A DNA stretch of 64,000 bases from Eledone cirrhosa (Eukaryota): positions 239,010,001-239,074,000 of the forward strand of contig OZ024740.1 in NCBI GenBank assembly GCA_964016885.1, given 5' to 3'. Below, piece by piece: positions 12,422-25,221 of this stretch. How positions within the stretch are numbered: the stretch's first letter is position 1; each line of letters opens with the position of its first letter. Under the pieces are notes generated by a model. That model was not told the DNA's origin and ran no database searches. It saw only the letters and a program-made list of their open reading frames with translations. The position numbers and the translations under genes are program-made.

Positions 12422-14345
12422 TTTTTCTGGTTTTATAATTTCACAAAATTTTGCCAATAGAGAGAGAGTCGGTTTCTAACATAGACACAAGACTCTCTCA
12501 TTGGAATTTACACAACATCAACTAGATAGATTATATATGCATGAATGTGTAGGTATGGATGTTATTGTATGTGTGAATGTGTATGTTTTGAGTTGTATCT
12601 GTACATGTGTATATGCAGTTATTAGATGCAAAATCTTTGGAATGTTTTACATATTTTTACTGTTCCATTAATGGATTGCACTTGTAATTTCCCAACTAGT
12701 TGTGTTCTTTCTGTTCCTGTGAAGCCCAGCTTCTCAAGATTTGTATTGAGGCAGTTACTAACATATCCCAGTGCCCCAATAATCACAGGCATAAATCTGA
12801 AGCTGTAATCAGGGTGGAGTATCTGCAGATTTCTCATCAGTTCTGCATAAATATTCTCCTTTTCGTTAATATTTGATATTATATTGGCATCTGCTGGGCT
12901 GCTAACTTCCACCTGTCCCATATCATAATATCTGGTCTGTTATGCCTGCATTTTATTGGGGTTTTTACTGGAACATTCCACCAGTACTCTTTCATATTAT
13001 GTACATGGATGTCTTCCACATTGCCGTAGCTTTTAATCTGTTTATTATCGGTGCTATCTTTTCTACGGATTGTATTGTACAGTGTTTTGGCTACTATATC
13101 ATACCTCATAGGTAGATAGTACCGCGATGACATCTTTGGACAGCTGCTCATGACATGGGTGACATCTTCGATGTTAATTCTGCAGAGTTTGCACGTGTTA
13201 TCACATTTAGGTGTTTTGCCTGCATCCCTATCTCTTTTATGAATCAGGTATTTCGTGTTAATCTCCTGTTCTTGGATTGCAAAAGCGTATCCTTCAAAGT
13301 GGGAGCCAATATAGCGGTTGTTGGTCCAAGATAGACTACTTTCTTTATCTATATTACTCTCACTCTGGAGTTTTTCATCCATGAATTCACTGCGATACTG
13401 CTGAGCGACTTCCCTGGGTGTGAGTTTTTGATTATCACACAGGGAATATCTCTCGAGGAGTTCCTTTCCAATTCTCATGATCTTATCTGTTTCATGCAGA
13501 TAGACTTGCTAGAGAGACAGGCTCCTACGTTTCGAGGTTCGTAGATGTTGTCAAAGAGATATGATGCGACATTCAAATGTTGTCTGGACTGATGTTAGGC
13601 CTCTGCCTCCCTGCTTACGTTTCAGGTAAAGGCGGTCTATGTCACTGATGATGTGGAAGTTTCCGGTGTTGTTTAGTATTTTTTGAGTTCTAGCAACAAT
13701 TGCTCGGATTTCGTCTATCGTCCAATTGAGTATTCCAAACGTTGGTGTTAGGACAGGCACAGCAAACACATTGTGAGCCACTGTTTTGAGTTCCGATCTT
13801 TCTTAATCGGGTGTAGTATTCCCTGGTTACGCGTTCCTTATTACAGATACCATTATAGGATATGTTCTCATCTATCCCCAGGTATCTGTAGCAGTCCTCA
13901 TCAGATATCGGTGAAACAGTTAGACCATTGATGACAATGTTGCTAGATTGGGTTGTTGTTTTCCCCCGCTTTACAGTCATATATGAGCATTTATCTTGGC
14001 CAAACTCCATTCCTATATCCTTTGAGAATGTTGTAACTAGGTCAAGATTTTTCTTCATCCCATCCATGTTCTTGGCATAGAGTTTCAGATCATCCACAAA
14101 GAAATTATGGGTTAGGTTCGTATTTCTGTTCCCCTGTGAGCCAATGGTGTATCCTTCACATGTCTTGAGTAGAAAGGAAAAGGAGTTTAATGACAGGATA
14201 AATAATATCACAGAGAGACTGTCTCCTTGAAATATACCTCTGCGACATTTTATTTTATCAGTGAAAATAGAGTCCCCCTTCTCTGTCTTTAACTTTAGGA
14301 TAGTAGCCCAAGAAGAAGACGGTTTCTGCATGGCTCTCATAATAA
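12422..14345 (-). mobile_element. R4/Dong-like RLE non-LTR retrotransposon, 5'-truncated, frameshifted
   Basis: RGIFQGDSLS, HNFFVDDLKLYA, YRYLGI (RT); CKLCR..EDVTHVMSSC (CCHC); HNRPDIMIWD (RLE); 3' UTR shared with three other copies. Confidence 0.88.
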
Positions 14346-14358
14346 TGTCTATATATAT

Positions 14359-15013
14359 ATAAATGGAAAAGAATGAAACGAAATTTCATTTCTCACTCTT
14401 AGTACGGCTGATACCTAAATATAAGTATGTATACGTACATACATTTATGTGTACAGACGTACAGTAGTATGTATATATATACATACATGCACACATATAT
14501 ACATGTACGTATGGGTTTACCGGACATTTATAATGCTCGGTTTGTTTGTAAACAAACAGCCCGAATTACGCCGTACAGTGCTCGACAACCATCGTCGCCC
14601 TTTTGTTCAACACTGACACAGGAACAATGTACTAGTTTCAAGCTTATTAGCTATCGTCAGCATCGTATACCTTTCTGTCAGATGATTGAACATTTAAAAG
14701 TATATGCTTTCCTTATGCATATTAACGGCTGAGCAGCCTAAATCGCATATCGAGTGAGTTAGTCGGCCGGGCGTACTGAAAACGATAAATGGAAAATAAT
14801 GAAACGAAAATTCATTTCTCACTCTTAGTACGGCTGATACCTAAATATAAGTATGTATACGTACATTCATATATGTGTACAGACGTACAGTAGTATGTAT
14901 ATATATACATACATGCACACATATGTACAATCCGAGCATTATAAATGTTCGGTAAACACATACGTACATGTATATATGTGTGCATGTATGTATATATATA
15001 TACATACTACTGT
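14359..15013 (-). mobile_element. Non-coding hammerhead-bearing element: ~426-nt unit in partial tandem plus an inverted fragment
   Basis: Direct repeats 14359-14498 / 14785-14924; 14932-15013 is an inverted copy of ~14458-14540; hammerhead at 14624-14666. Confidence 0.7.
14624..14666 (-). ncRNA. Minimal type I hammerhead ribozyme
   Basis: ACGAUG CUGACGA U-AGCU-aaua-AGCU-U GAAA CUAG UA CAUUGU: 6-bp stem I, intact core, 4-bp stem II, palindromic stem III. Confidence 0.75.
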
Positions 15014-15385
15014 ACGCTCTCCCTCACCTCCACGCACACCCACTTTTTATGGTATATTGTTTTTTATTATATAACGTATTTTTAATTTACGGTAAAATAA
15101 CAAGCCTTTTAACGGCTGCTTAAGTCGCGCCATATATCCGGTTCGACAAGCACAGCCCACACAAACATACACATATACACACATATACGCGCGCACACAT
15201 ACCTACGCACAACCTTATATACATCTATATATATATACACACTCATACACACACATATATACATACACACATATATACACATATATATATACATATATAT
15301 ATCTATATATATATATACACACATGCACACACATGCATACAAAATACACATACGTACACAAAATTTACATACACACATACATACG

Positions 15386-15421
<36 letters not shown>

Positions 15422-16003
15422 CACAAAACAACACTACATGCATATGCACACCCACACATATACATACATATATACATGCAAACATATATACATCTACATA
15501 TACATACGCACACGGACTGCCACATGCAGACACCTGCACATATGCATATTTGCTTACACACACATGTTTCCACATATACATATATAAAGAAAACCGTAAA
15601 TTAAAAATACGTTATATAATAAAAAACAATATACCATAAAATAACGGTAAAATAACATAACATAAAATATCAATATAGTATATAATATAATATATATATA
15701 TCTCTATATGTACACATGTACACACATTCATACATACATATACGGATATATACAATGGATATATGATAAAATAATAAAAAAAATAATAGTAATAACATGT
15801 ATATACACCATATATAATCATCCGTACACATTCCTGTGTGATGTACTTAAACATATACATATATACACAAATACACATACACATATATAGAGGCCCACAT
15901 ATGCATACACCGCACGCACACACACATATATATATATACACACATATATATATACATACGCACACACATACACACACATACACATACGTAGCTATACGTA
16001 CGT

Positions 16004-16073
<70 letters not shown>

Positions 16074-16492
16074 ACGCACACTCTGCCACATACTTACATA
16101 CATGTACATGCCTGCACACACACGCGCTCATAAGCTCATGCATATACGTACACATGTCCATATACACACCCCCATCCACACCCACGTATATATATATATC
16201 TACATACACACACACATACATATACCTACGCAAGGTCTACACGTAAAAACACTCAAATATAAACACAATAGGATAATAAAATAAAATAAAATAAATAAAT
16301 TTACAATATTTTAGGATACATTAAAATCTGTATGTAACTTCATAAATAGATGCATGAGAAAAGGGGTAAATAAAAAAACGGGGGGGGGGGGGGGGGGGGG
16401 TACAGGATAAGGTGCGTGTATCCATGTGATATACTACACACAGGCAGTATGAGGTGCAAACTTGGGTCCGTATGCAGTAATAATCATTGTTC
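15013..16492. repeat. Left arm of ~1.4-kb inverted repeat (3' non-coding region of the PLE)
   Basis: Reverse complement of 18344-19790, including unique blocks such as caagccttttaacggctgcttaagtcgcgccatatatccggttcgacaagcacagccc. Confidence 0.9.
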
Positions 16493-16768
16493 CAAAGTGG
16501 AAAAGGTGGAGAGTATATAGTCACGATTGACGGGGTACACATTCAAGGGGACGCCCGACCCGGTCGCCATGGGGCATGGCACCGTGGCTGGGGTGTGCTG
16601 TTCTATATGTTTGGGGTATCGGACCGGGCGGCCGTGGGTCCCGTGTTAGCCGGTCCTGGCCTAGGCGATGTATCTTCCAATGTTGTGTGCTCGGTCAGGT
16701 GCGCCCCTGGTTTACATATGTTTGCCTCACGGGTCGCACACTGACATCGGGGCATGGCGTCAGGTCCC

Positions 16769-18344
16769 CTAATCCCGTTGGGCTGTTCGAGTCTGTGCGT
16801 ACCCGTTCCCATGCCCCCGGCCTGCGCCACCCGGAGGATTCCATGCTGCAAATATGCATCTTCTCTGGTGTCTGCAGGTCATGATAATTTCAGACTTCAG
16901 GTTGACCGCGTCATCTTTCAGTCTGACTATCTCCATTGCCTCGTGTAGGCATAATCGGCCCTTTCTACTTCCGGCCGAATATGCCCTCGCGTGGCGAACG
17001 ATACTCCATTCCAGGGCGTACGGAGTGGCTTGGTCTTCAGGTCCCACACCAGGTCTGCTAAGGAATTCGTGTGATTATACGCGATTTAAAGGTCATGGAT
17101 GTTGAGCCGATGTAGGTGCGATGCGCGTTTTGAGTTGTAATCACACACTTGTATATTAGGTCCTTCATCAGGCATTTTCCCTATAGGGGGCACCGGGTGC
17201 CCGCTCTGCAGTTACAAGTTCTGTTGTCAGTTCTTATGCATCCGATGTCCGGGTCTCGATCTGTTATGGCCCTCTCAAGGTTTTCAGGGTGTTGTACCGC
17301 CGACACTGTTGTCTCCCCCATGCCACTATTTCCCTCTCGGCGTTGGACCACATCACCCTCCGCGGGCGCTCTGGTCGCCTCGGGGGCCTGGTTGTCATTT
17401 GAGGGCAGGTCCCTGGGTGGTTCTCCGCGCTCCGAAAGACAGTCACTCTGTCGCCGCGGTTGGTGTGTCCAGGACTCGATGTCCGTCCTGTGCTCGGTCC
17501 AACCACAATTACATCCCGTGTGTTGTCTTTGTCTATTTGCCCGCTATGTGCGTCGGGTTATGCCCTACAGTTATAAAGTTACGTCATTCTATGTGGTCAG
17601 CTATACGTCTATTTCCCTTTGGTCTATGTGATGCTGCTGTCGGTGTTGTACCACTATACCAGGCTGGGCGTGCTCCCTGGCGTGTGCCCCGTCCGTATTT
17701 GTCGATGTCCTGTCCCTGGTCCCAGTTGCCGCGGAGCATGAGTTGTGCGTGCCAGGCCCATGTCTCCGCGTACTGGGTGGTCTGGCTCCTATGGGTGCCT
17801 TTGTCCTACCTCCAGTCGGTCCTGCGTCATTAATGCTAGTTGTGTTGCTAATTTTGTCCCTGGAATCTGCTACCGGGTCATTTCTTCTACCTAAGGAGGC
17901 GCCCTCGCAATTGGCATTTCTGCACGCCTCATCACTTGGCTCTACTCTGTCCGGGGTATATAGTATGGTGTCTGTGTAACCGGCCCTACGCAGTGCCTCA
18001 TTATAATATGTGGCGTGCTGTTTAAACACTTCTGCGTTCGACGACAGGGTGGATACGCGTTTTGACACCCCTTTAACTATGGCTTCTATGACTGATTTAG
18101 GGTGATTCGATTGCCTGTTCACATATTGCAGGTTTTCGTTGGGCTTATGGTACGGTCTGTGGATTCCCGTATTCATTTCCAAGGTAACGTCCAGGAAATT
18201 GACCGTCTTAATGCTAGGGTCTATTGTCACGGATAAGCCGTGTTGTTTAAAAAAATGCGATATGCGCTTCCTCATACGCTCCATCTGACTGGGGTTAAGG
18301 GAACGGAAGGTGAAAAGTGCGTCGTCTCTGTATATTCCACCTCC
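16769..18344 (-). pseudogene. Penelope-like element (Naiad-type) RT C-terminus plus GIY-YIG endonuclease, 5'-truncated and disrupted
   Basis: GIYRDDAL, VNFLDVTL, RPYHKPNENLQYVNRQSNHP; TCNCRAGTRCPL*GKCL..LIYKC..TYIGST..FKSR; RLCLHEA..NLKSEIIMTCRH. Confidence 0.85.
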
Positions 18345-18779
18345 GAACAATGATTACTACTGTCATGATTGTTCTATTATTGTTCTGTTACTGTTACTTG
18401 TTCGAAAAACGGATCCAAGTTTGCACCACATACTGCCTGTGTGTAGTATATCACATGGATACACGCACCTTCTCCTGTACCCCCCCGTTTTTTATTTACC
18501 CCTTTTCTCATGCATCTATTTATGAAGTTACATACAGATTTTAATGTATCCTAAAATATTGTAAATTTATTTATTTTATTTTATTTTATTATCCTATTGT
18601 GTTTATATTTGGGCCTTTTTACGTGTGGACATGTGCGTAGGTATATGTATGTGTGTAGATATATACGTGGGTGTGGATGGGGGTGTGTATATGGGCATGT
18701 GTACGTATATGCATGAGCTTATGAGCGTGTGTGTGTGTGCAGGCATGTACATGTATGTAAATATGTGGCAGAGTGTGCG

Positions 18780-18812
<33 letters not shown>

Positions 18813-18857
18813 GTGTGTGTACGTACGTATAGCTACGTATGTGTATGCAGGTGCGTA

Positions 18858-18888
<31 letters not shown>

Positions 18889-19105
18889 GTGTATATATAT
18901 GTGTGGGTGCAGGTGTATGCATATGTGGGCCTCTATATATGTGTATATGTATTTGTGTATATATGTGTATGTTTAAGTACATCTCACAGGAATGTGTACG
19001 GATGATTATAAATGGTGTATATACATTTTATTACTATTATTTTTTTAATTATTTTATCATATATCCATTGTATATATCCGTATATGTATGTATGAATGTG
19101 TGTAC

Positions 19106-19166
<61 letters not shown>

Positions 19167-19506
19167 TGTATACTATATTGATATTTTATATTTTATGTTA
19201 TGTTATTTTATGGTATATTGTGTTTTTTATTATATAATGTATTTTTAATTTATGGTTTTGTTTATATATGTATATGTGGAAACATGTGTGTGTAAGCAAA
19301 TATGCATATGTGCAGGTGTCTGCATGTGGCAGTCCGTGTGCGTGTGTATATGTAGATATATATATGTCTGCATGTATATATCTATGTATATGTATGGGTG
19401 TGCATATGCATGTAGTGTTTTTTGTGTGTATATATATATATATGTGTGTATGTATGTGTGTATGTAAATTTTGTGTACGTATGTGTATTTTGTATGTATG
19501 TGTGCA

Positions 19507-19548
<42 letters not shown>

Positions 19549-19790
19549 TATATGTGTGTATGTATATATGTGTATGTATATATGTGTGTGTATGAGTGTG
19601 TATATATAAATGTATATAAGGTTGTGCGTAGGTATGTGTGCGCGCGTATGTGTGTGTATATGTGTATGTTTGTGTGGGCTGTGCTTGTCGAACCGGATAT
19701 ATGGCGCGACTTAAGCAGCCGTTAAAAGGCTTGTGGCGGTATCTATTTAGAAGTGGGTGTGCCTGGGTCCTTGGAGGTGAGGGAGAGCGT
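18344..19790. repeat. Right arm of the ~1.4-kb inverted repeat
   Basis: Inverted copy of 15013-16492; the junction at 'gaacaatgatta' cuts the RT just upstream of YRDD. Confidence 0.9.
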
Positions 19791-20378
19791 GTGTGTGTAT
19801 ATATTCTTATATGTATATGTGTGGGGGTGTGTGTGTCTCCGCATGTGTGCGTAAGTGTGTGTATGCACGCATGTGTCTGTGCCTGCCTGTATGTGTATAT
19901 GTGTGTGTACTCGTATGTGTAGGTGCTTGCTTTGGAGTATGAACAGACGTGTGAGATACTGAACCCAGCATGACTCCATTGAAGTGTGTCGGACGGAAAA
20001 TGGCTGATGACCTATGTAGTAGTAAATACTGACCAGAACTTAAGATGACGTGGAGTAACAACAGCCAATGGCATGACAAGAGTGGAAGAGGAGTTCTTTG
20101 AGGGTGTTTTTTTATGATAACACCCCAGTGATAAAATTTGCTCCGAACGAATTACCCGTGTCTGAAGGAACCTGCAGCCGTAGAATCAGCCAGATCCATA
20201 CAGGGACTATATCTCGAGCTACCTGCCGGCGAAACAATTGTAACACGCAATACATTGAGTCCAGATGCATGACTGATTTTTCGTTTTCTTTATACTATCT
20301 ACACTCTACTCTGCTGAATTTTGAGTGCTAATTTTGGCATACCGCCTATGGAAGCACCATAGCTACCATTATACACAA

Positions 20379-20420
<42 letters not shown>

Positions 20421-20426
<6 letters not shown>

Positions 20427-21216
20427 AAATAAAATAAATAAGTCAAATGTTTAAAATTTGGCTTCGTTTATTACTGCTATATATATTTCGGTGACAGCCA
20501 TCTTTGGCTGTGACCTCTTCAGGCAGTCCGAATTAGTGTGGTAGAGATGAGTACACATGTTGTTGAGGTGTATAACTTTGTCAATACTCTGATATGCCCA
20601 GTTCCTGGTTGGGTTGTTATTTCACTGAGGAACTGGAATCATATGAATTTAAACAAACGAATTTCAGCGTCAAAGGGCCTCTTCTCCTCTCATTGGTCAG
20701 TTGTTAGAACATTCCTCAGTCAAAGGTCTATAGAAATTCGTTCTGAGGCAAGCCAATCTGTGGTTGTTGTTCTTGTTATTGTTAGGTACATCTGACCTCT
20801 ATTCTTATGTTGGTAGTGGTGTTGTTGTTGGAGTCAGCTCAAAAACATGATAAAGTGGTAGAAGGAATAAGATGGTAAAGGAACAAAATAAAATAAAATA
20901 ATCGAATAAAATGTGTGTGTGTGTTATACCCATCTCAATGTTATAAAGATTTGTACTGTCACTCTTCCCATTGGTCAGTTTTGAGAGCATTCCTCAGTCC
21001 AAAGTCTATAGAAATTCTTTCTGGGGTGAGGCTCCCTGTAGTGTTTGTGTTTGCTATTGTTAAGTACATCTGACCTCTACCCTTATTTTGGTAGTGTTGT
21101 TGGTGTTGTGGTCAGCTAATGTCTTGCTGCTGCTGACAATTTAGAAGTATCTGTGTGTGTGTTTCTTCATCCCTCCTGCCACCATCTCCCGTGGTGGTGG
21201 TGGTGGTGGTGGTGGT

Positions 21217-21291
<75 letters not shown>

Positions 21292-21850
21292 GAGGGGTGG
21301 GTGGGTTCTGCCATGTATATGAAGAAACAGAAGGCAATAAAATGAAGAAAACAGAAAATAAATAATAAATAGAGAATAAATGAAAAATTAATGAAAAAAT
21401 AATGAAAAAGTAATGAAAAATGAAAATGGAAAATGAAAAATGAAAATGAAGATTCAAATAAAAATGAAGATTCAAATAAAATAAGATAAAAGGTCAGAAA
21501 TATGTTGGATAAAGTGGTAGGAGGAACAAGATGGTAAAAGAATAAAACGAAATAGGATAATCAAATAAAATGTGTGTGTGTTATAACCAATCTCAACTTA
21601 AATATAAATATAAGGTGATAAAGTGAAGAAAACAGAAAACAAATAACGAATGAATAATGAGAAATCCAAAATGAAAAATAAAAAAGCAAGTAAATTAAAA
21701 AGTGTGTGTGTTATAAAGATGTTGGCCAAATTATAAAGGCTGTGTCAGAATCAATCTCTAGGCTATTGAAGGAATGGCGATGGTTATACCAGCGGTCCTT
21801 AAAGCTCGTTGATGTGGCTCATATGTAGAGGTATACAACCGACATATACT
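20421..21850 (-). mobile_element. Non-coding PLE pLTR-like element between (TA)n tracts
   Basis: Carries the hammerhead at 20473-20527; internal direct repeats ~20690-20840 / 20968-21118 and ~20850-20940 / 21510-21597. Confidence 0.5.
20473..20527 (-). ncRNA. Minimal type I hammerhead ribozyme
   Basis: ACUGC CUGAAGA GGUcACAGCCA-aaga-UGGCUGUcACC GAAA UAUAUA UA GCAGU: perfect stem I, intact core, long stem II, palindromic stem III; AAUAAA follows. Confidence 0.85.
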
Positions 21851-22435
21851 AATATATATATATATATAAGTTAATTTTAGGTTTAATCAATACATTTAAA
21901 ATAATTATCGATATTGATTCTCAGAAAAAGCTCAATAAACTTCTGTTCAGAGTATCTATAATATGATATAACTGTAAACGATATACACGTAGATCTATCA
22001 ATTGAGAAACAAACTAATATTTTGTACATATGTATAGAGCAAATGATATGTAGATTTAGATACAAATTTAAAAACATTCTCTGAGGTGTTAGAATAGTGT
22101 TGTATTTACATATATGTAAGTACAGTGAGATTGATGCTGTTAATGTTTTGCTTATAGTCAATCACTGCAAGAAAGATATTGTCAAGTTCTGGGGAAAAAG
22201 AAAAGACATAATGGTGGCCACAACCTGAGTAACCAAAGGAGGGACGAGTGAATCGGAAGTGTCAGAGGACAGGTGGTACAAGAACAGCGAAATCGGAGGA
22301 ACACGATCACTATAGTAGCAGTAGGAAATGCAAATAGAGGAAACAGAACACCCGCGGAACGTGGGCTGGAGGTGTCTGGAGTGACTTTATGCCAATAAAT
22401 CAAACGGCTTTTATCTGGATGCGGAATCATCAAAG

Positions 22436-22620
22436 GGCGGTGGATTGCCATTATCGGTAGAGGGTCGGACGCCATGCTTTCCAGCATAGTTACGTCCCTT
22501 TACGATCTGAGTTCAAATCCCGCCGAGGTTGACTTTGCCTTTCATCCTTACGGGGTCGATAAAAGTAACCAGTAATGAACTGGGTAATTGCTGGCCTTGT
22601 ACCTAAAGTAGAAACAATTA
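22436..22620 (+). mobile_element. SINE family A copy
   Basis: tRNA-like head plus conserved core and tail. Confidence 0.85.
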
Positions 22621-22789
22621 TTTAACATCAAAGAGCAGATTAATTAATTCTTTATAAATACTTATTTCATGCATCCACAGAACTAGAAATGAGAATTAAT
22701 TAATTCATATGCTCTACGATGTGTTATATAATTTCTCATAAATATTAATTGCCACATCTACATTGCCGGATGATTTATTTTGAATATTA

Positions 22790-22910
<121 letters not shown>

Positions 22911-22947
22911 TGTATGTATGTATGTATGTATGTATGTATGTATGTAT

Positions 22948-23423
22948 GTTCTTCTGGTTTTATAATTTCACAAAGTTTTCCCAATAGAGAGAGAGAGAGT
23001 CGGTTTCCAACATAGACACAAGACTCTCTCATTGGAATTTACACAACATCAACTAGGTAGATATGTATGTATGTCTGCATGCATGTGTAGATATGGATGT
23101 TATTGTATGTGTGGATGTGTATATTTTGAGTTGTATGTGTGCATGTGTATATGCTTTGTATCTGTACATGTGTATATGCAGTTATTAGATGCAACATTTT
23201 TGGAATGTTTTACATATTTTTACTGTTCCATTAATGAATTGTACTTGTAATTTCCTAACTAGTTGTGTTCTTTCTTTTCCTGTGAAGCCCAGCTTCTCAA
23301 GATTTGTATTGAGGCAGTTACTAACATATCCCAGTGCTCCAATAATCACAGGCATATATCTGAAGCTGTAATCAGGGTGGAGTATCTGCAGATTTCTCAT
23401 CAGTTCTGCATAAATATTCTCCT
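22948..23423 (-). mobile_element. R4/Dong-like 3' fragment inside a (TATG)n tract
   Basis: Near-identical to 12422-12860 (MRNLQILHPDYSFRYMPVIIGALG...); (TATG)n on both sides. Confidence 0.85.
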
Positions 23424-23518
23424 TATGTATGTATGTATGTATGTATGTATGTATGTATGTATGTATGTATGTATGTATGTATGTATGTATGTATGTATGT
23501 ATGTATGTATGTATATGT

Positions 23519-24131
23519 ATGTCAGGTCACCAGTTGGTGCTACTGGTAACATGTATGCCAGTACAACCTGACTCATGGTCGGGTCGTTGGCGACTAAACT
23601 GGCAACTCCACCAAGGTTTCTTGGTGAGGAGGGTGACTTTGGACATCCTGCAGGACTAAAAACAAAACCTGTCAAAGGGCAAAGGAGCTCTTAAGAGTCA
23701 ATGGCCATCCAAAATCACCGAGAGAGATGACCCCCTTAGCCTTTGTCAAGGCAGAATTCTAGGAGAATGAAAACTCTGATATAACACCTGCAACTCTGAT
23801 GGTATCCAATGATGTTGACTTGTTCTTCTTTTTGGTAAATATCATCTTGGTTAAGAGAGTGGGACTGGCTTTGTGCAGTGCCTTTGCTCACTATAAAAGC
23901 TTCACGGCACAGGCATTGCTTTATATCTGGAGATCTCTCTGCACTTGTCGTCACATGGTACCATGGGCCCAGCACTATGTGTCAATAATTGTCACAAGTG
24001 TAGTGTCTGTACCAGAGTTTTCAAGTCGCTGGCTGGACTAAAAAGTCACACTCGTTCAGCGCATCGGTAGGGGTTCTCCTACATGGATATAAAGTAGTGG
24101 CCGTACTCGAAAACGAGTTGGCAGCCACCAT
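23519..24131. mobile_element. ~610-bp composite dispersed repeat, copy 1
   Basis: Near-identical over its full length to 48991-49599, with different flanks. Confidence 0.8.
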
Positions 24132-24132
24132 G

Positions 24133-24174
<42 letters not shown>

Positions 24175-24233
24175 CATGGTGGCTGCCAACTCGTTTTCGT
24201 ATGTATGTATATATATGTATGTATCTATACATA

Positions 24234-24285
<52 letters not shown>

Positions 24286-24821
24286 TACATACATATATAT
24301 ACATACATACATACGGTCATAGAAAACGTGTAATTACGTCTGTATCGAAGCCGATAAGAACTAATTAGATGGAAATGGCAATCCATTGGTCGTTGAACAG
24401 TTTCAAATGTTCTCTTTAGAAGTTAAGAAATACATATATTAGGACAAGCCTAGAAATACGTTATTGTATATAATTAGTTATTTCCTGTTTAGATATTGAT
24501 TCTGCCGAATTGATACTTGTAGAAGTATCGTGTTATAGAAGCACTGTTTTTACAACTATATTGTCGATCATTTCTGCTATATGCTTGATAGGGGATTCCC
24601 GGGCTCTATGATATGTCCAATTTAGTAGTGAAACCCTGTTAAGCAAGCATGGACAACGGAGATTAATGGTTGAAGACCTGTTGCAAGACTCAGAAAACGT
24701 TGGAACAATAACATAACAGATCTGTCAAGAAATGGATTGACACAGGAGGATACTTTGGAAAGGGGTAGCTAGAGAGAATGTACCATTTTAGAAGGACCAC
24801 GACCCATTGCTGGATAAAGTG

Positions 24822-24842
24822 GATGATGATGATGATGATGAC

Positions 24843-24898
<56 letters not shown>

Positions 24899-24920
24899 CG
24901 ACGACGACGACGACGACGAC

Positions 24921-24975
<55 letters not shown>

Positions 24976-25118
24976 TTGATGATGGCGATGATGTTGATGA
25001 TGATGATGATGATGATGTTGATGAGGATGATGATGATGATGTTGACGATGGCGATGATGATGATGATGATGACGATGGCGATGATGATGATGAGGATGAT
25101 GATGATGATGATGATGAC

Positions 25119-25194
<76 letters not shown>

Positions 25195-25221
25195 TTGATG
25201 AGGATGATGATGATGATGGCG
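24822..25221. repeat. (GAT)n microsatellite, ~400 bp, probably an expanded LINE tail
   Basis: Direct inspection; the poly-D/M/H/S ORFs here are artefacts. Confidence 0.95.

Noticed and set aside
20000-20036. CUGAUGA in the extension of the right foldback arm
   Set aside because: No convincing stem II, GAAA or NUH
23590-23645. Twister-like look (UAA...CUCC...GGAGGG)
   Set aside because: Lacks the P4/L4 GUCCCAAGC-type element needed for the pseudoknots
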